From NCBI GenBank assembly GCA_000175855.1, contig ACYB01000035.1:390001-422000 (forward strand): a stretch of DNA of 32,000 bases, read 5' to 3'. The stretch is from Raphidiopsis brookii D9 (GTDB taxonomy: Bacteria; Cyanobacteriota; Cyanobacteriia; Cyanobacteriales; Nostocaceae). Below are positions 30,184 through 32,000 of the stretch, one piece after another (position 1 is the first letter of the stretch; each line of letters opens with the position of its first letter). The notes beneath the pieces are model-generated. The model was given only the letters and a program-made list of their open reading frames with translations, did no database searches and had not been told where the DNA came from. The translations under genes and the position numbers were made by a program.

Positions 30184-31131
30184 TCATAGAAGATGCAAAA
30201 CCGCCTTACCAGCAAAACTTCTGTCCATCAACTTTTGTGCTATGTCGGCAATTTCGTTCCATGACGCTTCTATCTCAATATGGGGGCGTAATTGGGCAGA
30301 TTCCACCAGTTCTAACAACCATCTTAGCCCTATAGCCGCTGGTTCTTGTTTTAATTCATGGAATACTATTAATCCATATATATTCGCACCACCAAGAGCA
30401 TAAAGACTGCCTGCATTAAAAGTTACTTCCCTTCCCCCAGTAGTTCCAAATACGACAGCTGTTCCATTAGTGTCCAGAAAATTGAGAGCTTGACCAAGAA
30501 TATTACCACCTACAGAGTCTACAATTAAGTGATAGGGTCCATATACTTGAGCAGAGGAAATGTCGTCACCAGTAACCACGTGACGAGATCCCGCTTGTTT
30601 GACTACAGATTCATACTTAGATTGTCGTAGATGGGCAACCACTTTTGCTCCGCTCAATCGGGCCAGCTGAATGGCAAAGTTACCAACTCCACCAGATGCA
30701 CCAGTAATTAACACAGGTTTATTTAGTAGAAAACCACCTTTTTTCATGATATGGTAAGCTGTTAAACCTGCTATCGGTAGGGTAGCAGCTTGGGTAAATG
30801 ATACAGAGTGTGGTAATTCGGCCAGAGAATGGGTGGGTACTGGGACTAACTCTCCCCATGCACCACTGGAAACATAACCTACCACCCGTGTTCCCACACC
30901 AGGACCAGAACCATCAGTAGCGGATTTTTCCACAGTACCAGCTAAATCCCAACCAGGACGCCAACCAGGGGTAGCCGTACTAGCACGTCTGAGTTCACCG
31001 CGATTTAATGAAGTTGATGCGACTCTGATCAAAGCTTCATTCCTAGTGGGTGTAGGTACTGGGACTTCTCTTATTGTTAAGCGCCCTGGTATATTAGGGT
31101 CAACTACAATAGCACGCATTCTATCACTCAT
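30184..31131 (-). CDS. MDR-superfamily NAD(P)H-dependent oxidoreductase (quinone oxidoreductase / zinc-type ADH-like)
   Basis: 315 aa. It has the GASGGVG Rossmann motif and an N-terminal GroES-like fold pattern (MRAIVV...EVPVP...EALIRV). Confidence 0.85.
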   Translation of the reverse strand: MSDRMRAIVVDPNIPGRLTIREVPVPTPTRNEALIRVASTSLNRGELRRASTATPGWRPGWDLAGTVEKSATDGSGPGVGTRVVGYVSSGAWGELVPVPTHSLAELPHSVSFTQAATLPIAGLTAYHIMKKGGFLLNKPVLITGASGGVGNFAIQLARLSGAKVVAHLRQSKYESVVKQAGSRHVVTGDDISSAQVYGPYHLIVDSVGGNILGQALNFLDTNGTAVVFGTTGGREVTFNAGSLYALGGANIYGLIVFHELKQEPAAIGLRWLLELVESAQLRPHIEIEASWNEIADIAQKLMDRSFAGKAVLHLL

Positions 31132-31175
31132 ACTCTATTATACTATATTATACTATTACTCAAAAATAAGATACA

Positions 31176-32000
31176 TCATTTTTCATTTCTTGCCAATTTA
31201 TTTGGTATTCCTTCACAACCACCAGGTATGGTAGTTCTGGATTTCTCTCCACACCAAGCACAACAATAGTAACGGGTTGATTCTGACATTCTTTGCACAC
31301 CAGTAAAATCCACGTTCTCTACCACTGCTCCCGTATGCTCCCCTGTTTGATAGTTAGGAGGTTCAGTACGACTGCGAGGTGAAGCTTGCTCTGCTGGTCC
31401 ATAAAACAAACGAGTACCATTTAAATCTGCTTGGCTAATATTTGCCTCATATAGTATGGCACGAGATAGGTTAGCCTTGACTAAATCGCAACCACTTAGG
31501 TTAGCATGAACTAAATTCACTTCCGTTAAGTCTGTCCAGCGTAAATCAGTATTTGATAAATCAGAACCCGCTAACATTACTCCTAAATCTATAACCCTGG
31601 TTCCATATAATCTGTCTTCAGCATAACCACCCATACCATCAAGAATGGGTCTACCTAGACGACGGTCACGTTGTAAAGGAGTGAGGAGTTTAGAGCGAGA
31701 CAGAAATCTGAGTATTTTGGCTTTTCCACTAGCATCTACACTACTAAGAATTGCAGAGGTGCGCCCTTCTGCGATCGCTCTTTCTTGGGGCCAATCTTCT
31801 AATAGTCCTTCCTCATCTAAGACTAAGTCAGAAATTCCTTGAAAGTAGGAATCTATGGTTTGTTGTTGGGTAATAATATTTTGCTGAACGGTCAGTAAAT
31901 TTTGTTGAATAGTTAGATCTTTGGAAATTATATATTGTCTCCAGGCCACGTAAACGGCAATTATGGCTATAAAAATTTGACCCAAAGCTCCAAACCAATC
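31176..32000 (-). CDS. Pentapeptide-repeat protein, 5' end outside the window
   Basis: The frame stays open to position 32000 (…DWFGALGQIFIAIIAVYVAW is a TM helix), so the track TTG at 31985 is probably internal. The central region has pentapeptide repeats (SDLSNTDLRWTDLTEVNLVHANLSGCDLVKANLSRAILYEANISQADLNG). The C-terminus is Cys-rich (YYCCAWCGEKSRTTIPGGCEG). Confidence 0.8.
   Translation of the reverse strand, partial: DWFGALGQIFIAIIAVYVAWRQYIISKDLTIQQNLLTVQQNIITQQQTIDSYFQGISDLVLDEEGLLEDWPQERAIAEGRTSAILSSVDASGKAKILRFLSRSKLLTPLQRDRRLGRPILDGMGGYAEDRLYGTRVIDLGVMLAGSDLSNTDLRWTDLTEVNLVHANLSGCDLVKANLSRAILYEANISQADLNGTRLFYGPAEQASPRSRTEPPNYQTGEHTGAVVENVDFTGVQRMSESTRYYCCAWCGEKSRTTIPGGCEGIPNKLARNEK

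Noticed and set aside
31135-31157. A near-tandem AT-rich decamer (ATTATACTAT ATTATACTAT TAC) between the pentapeptide and MDR genes
   Set aside because: There are only about two copies in an AT-rich promoter-like spacer. It is most simply explained as overlapping -10-like boxes.

Overview
The window looks like a chromosomal segment of a filamentous, Nostocales-like cyanobacterium. Evidence for this: 13 perfect HIP1 octamers (GCGATCGC), a type-A RNase P RNA, a CIRCE-controlled monocistronic groEL, and a hetZ/patU-like pair. All calls rest on motif recognition only; no BLAST or HMM search was possible.

Most of the 32 kb is housekeeping:
- dnaK, nadM-nadV NAD salvage, an M15 peptidase, rnc, rnpB and corA
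- groEL, an MraY/WecA-type glycosyltransferase, fabG and solanesyl-PP synthase
- pgk, usp, a DUF1825 protein, a PBP1A, tyrS and pyrF
- an MDR oxidoreductase and a pentapeptide-repeat protein

The best candidate for something new is at about 2.2-5.1 kb. An AIPR-family abortive-infection gene and a 157-aa tail-anchored membrane protein form a ~2.5 kb cassette. The cassette is bracketed by collinear direct repeats and sits next to a RibD_C-like gene relic, wedged between a KamA/ATP-grasp operon and dnaK.

Other points worth a second look:
- the KamA radical-SAM plus Ddl-like ATP-grasp pair
- a ~90-nt structured element shared by two promoters, with a third partial copy
- an in-frame 21-bp x7 tandem repeat gene
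- rnpB abutting an orphan membrane-protein gene
- two unusually long non-coding regions

I saw no CRISPR array, tRNA, rRNA, transposase or integrase.
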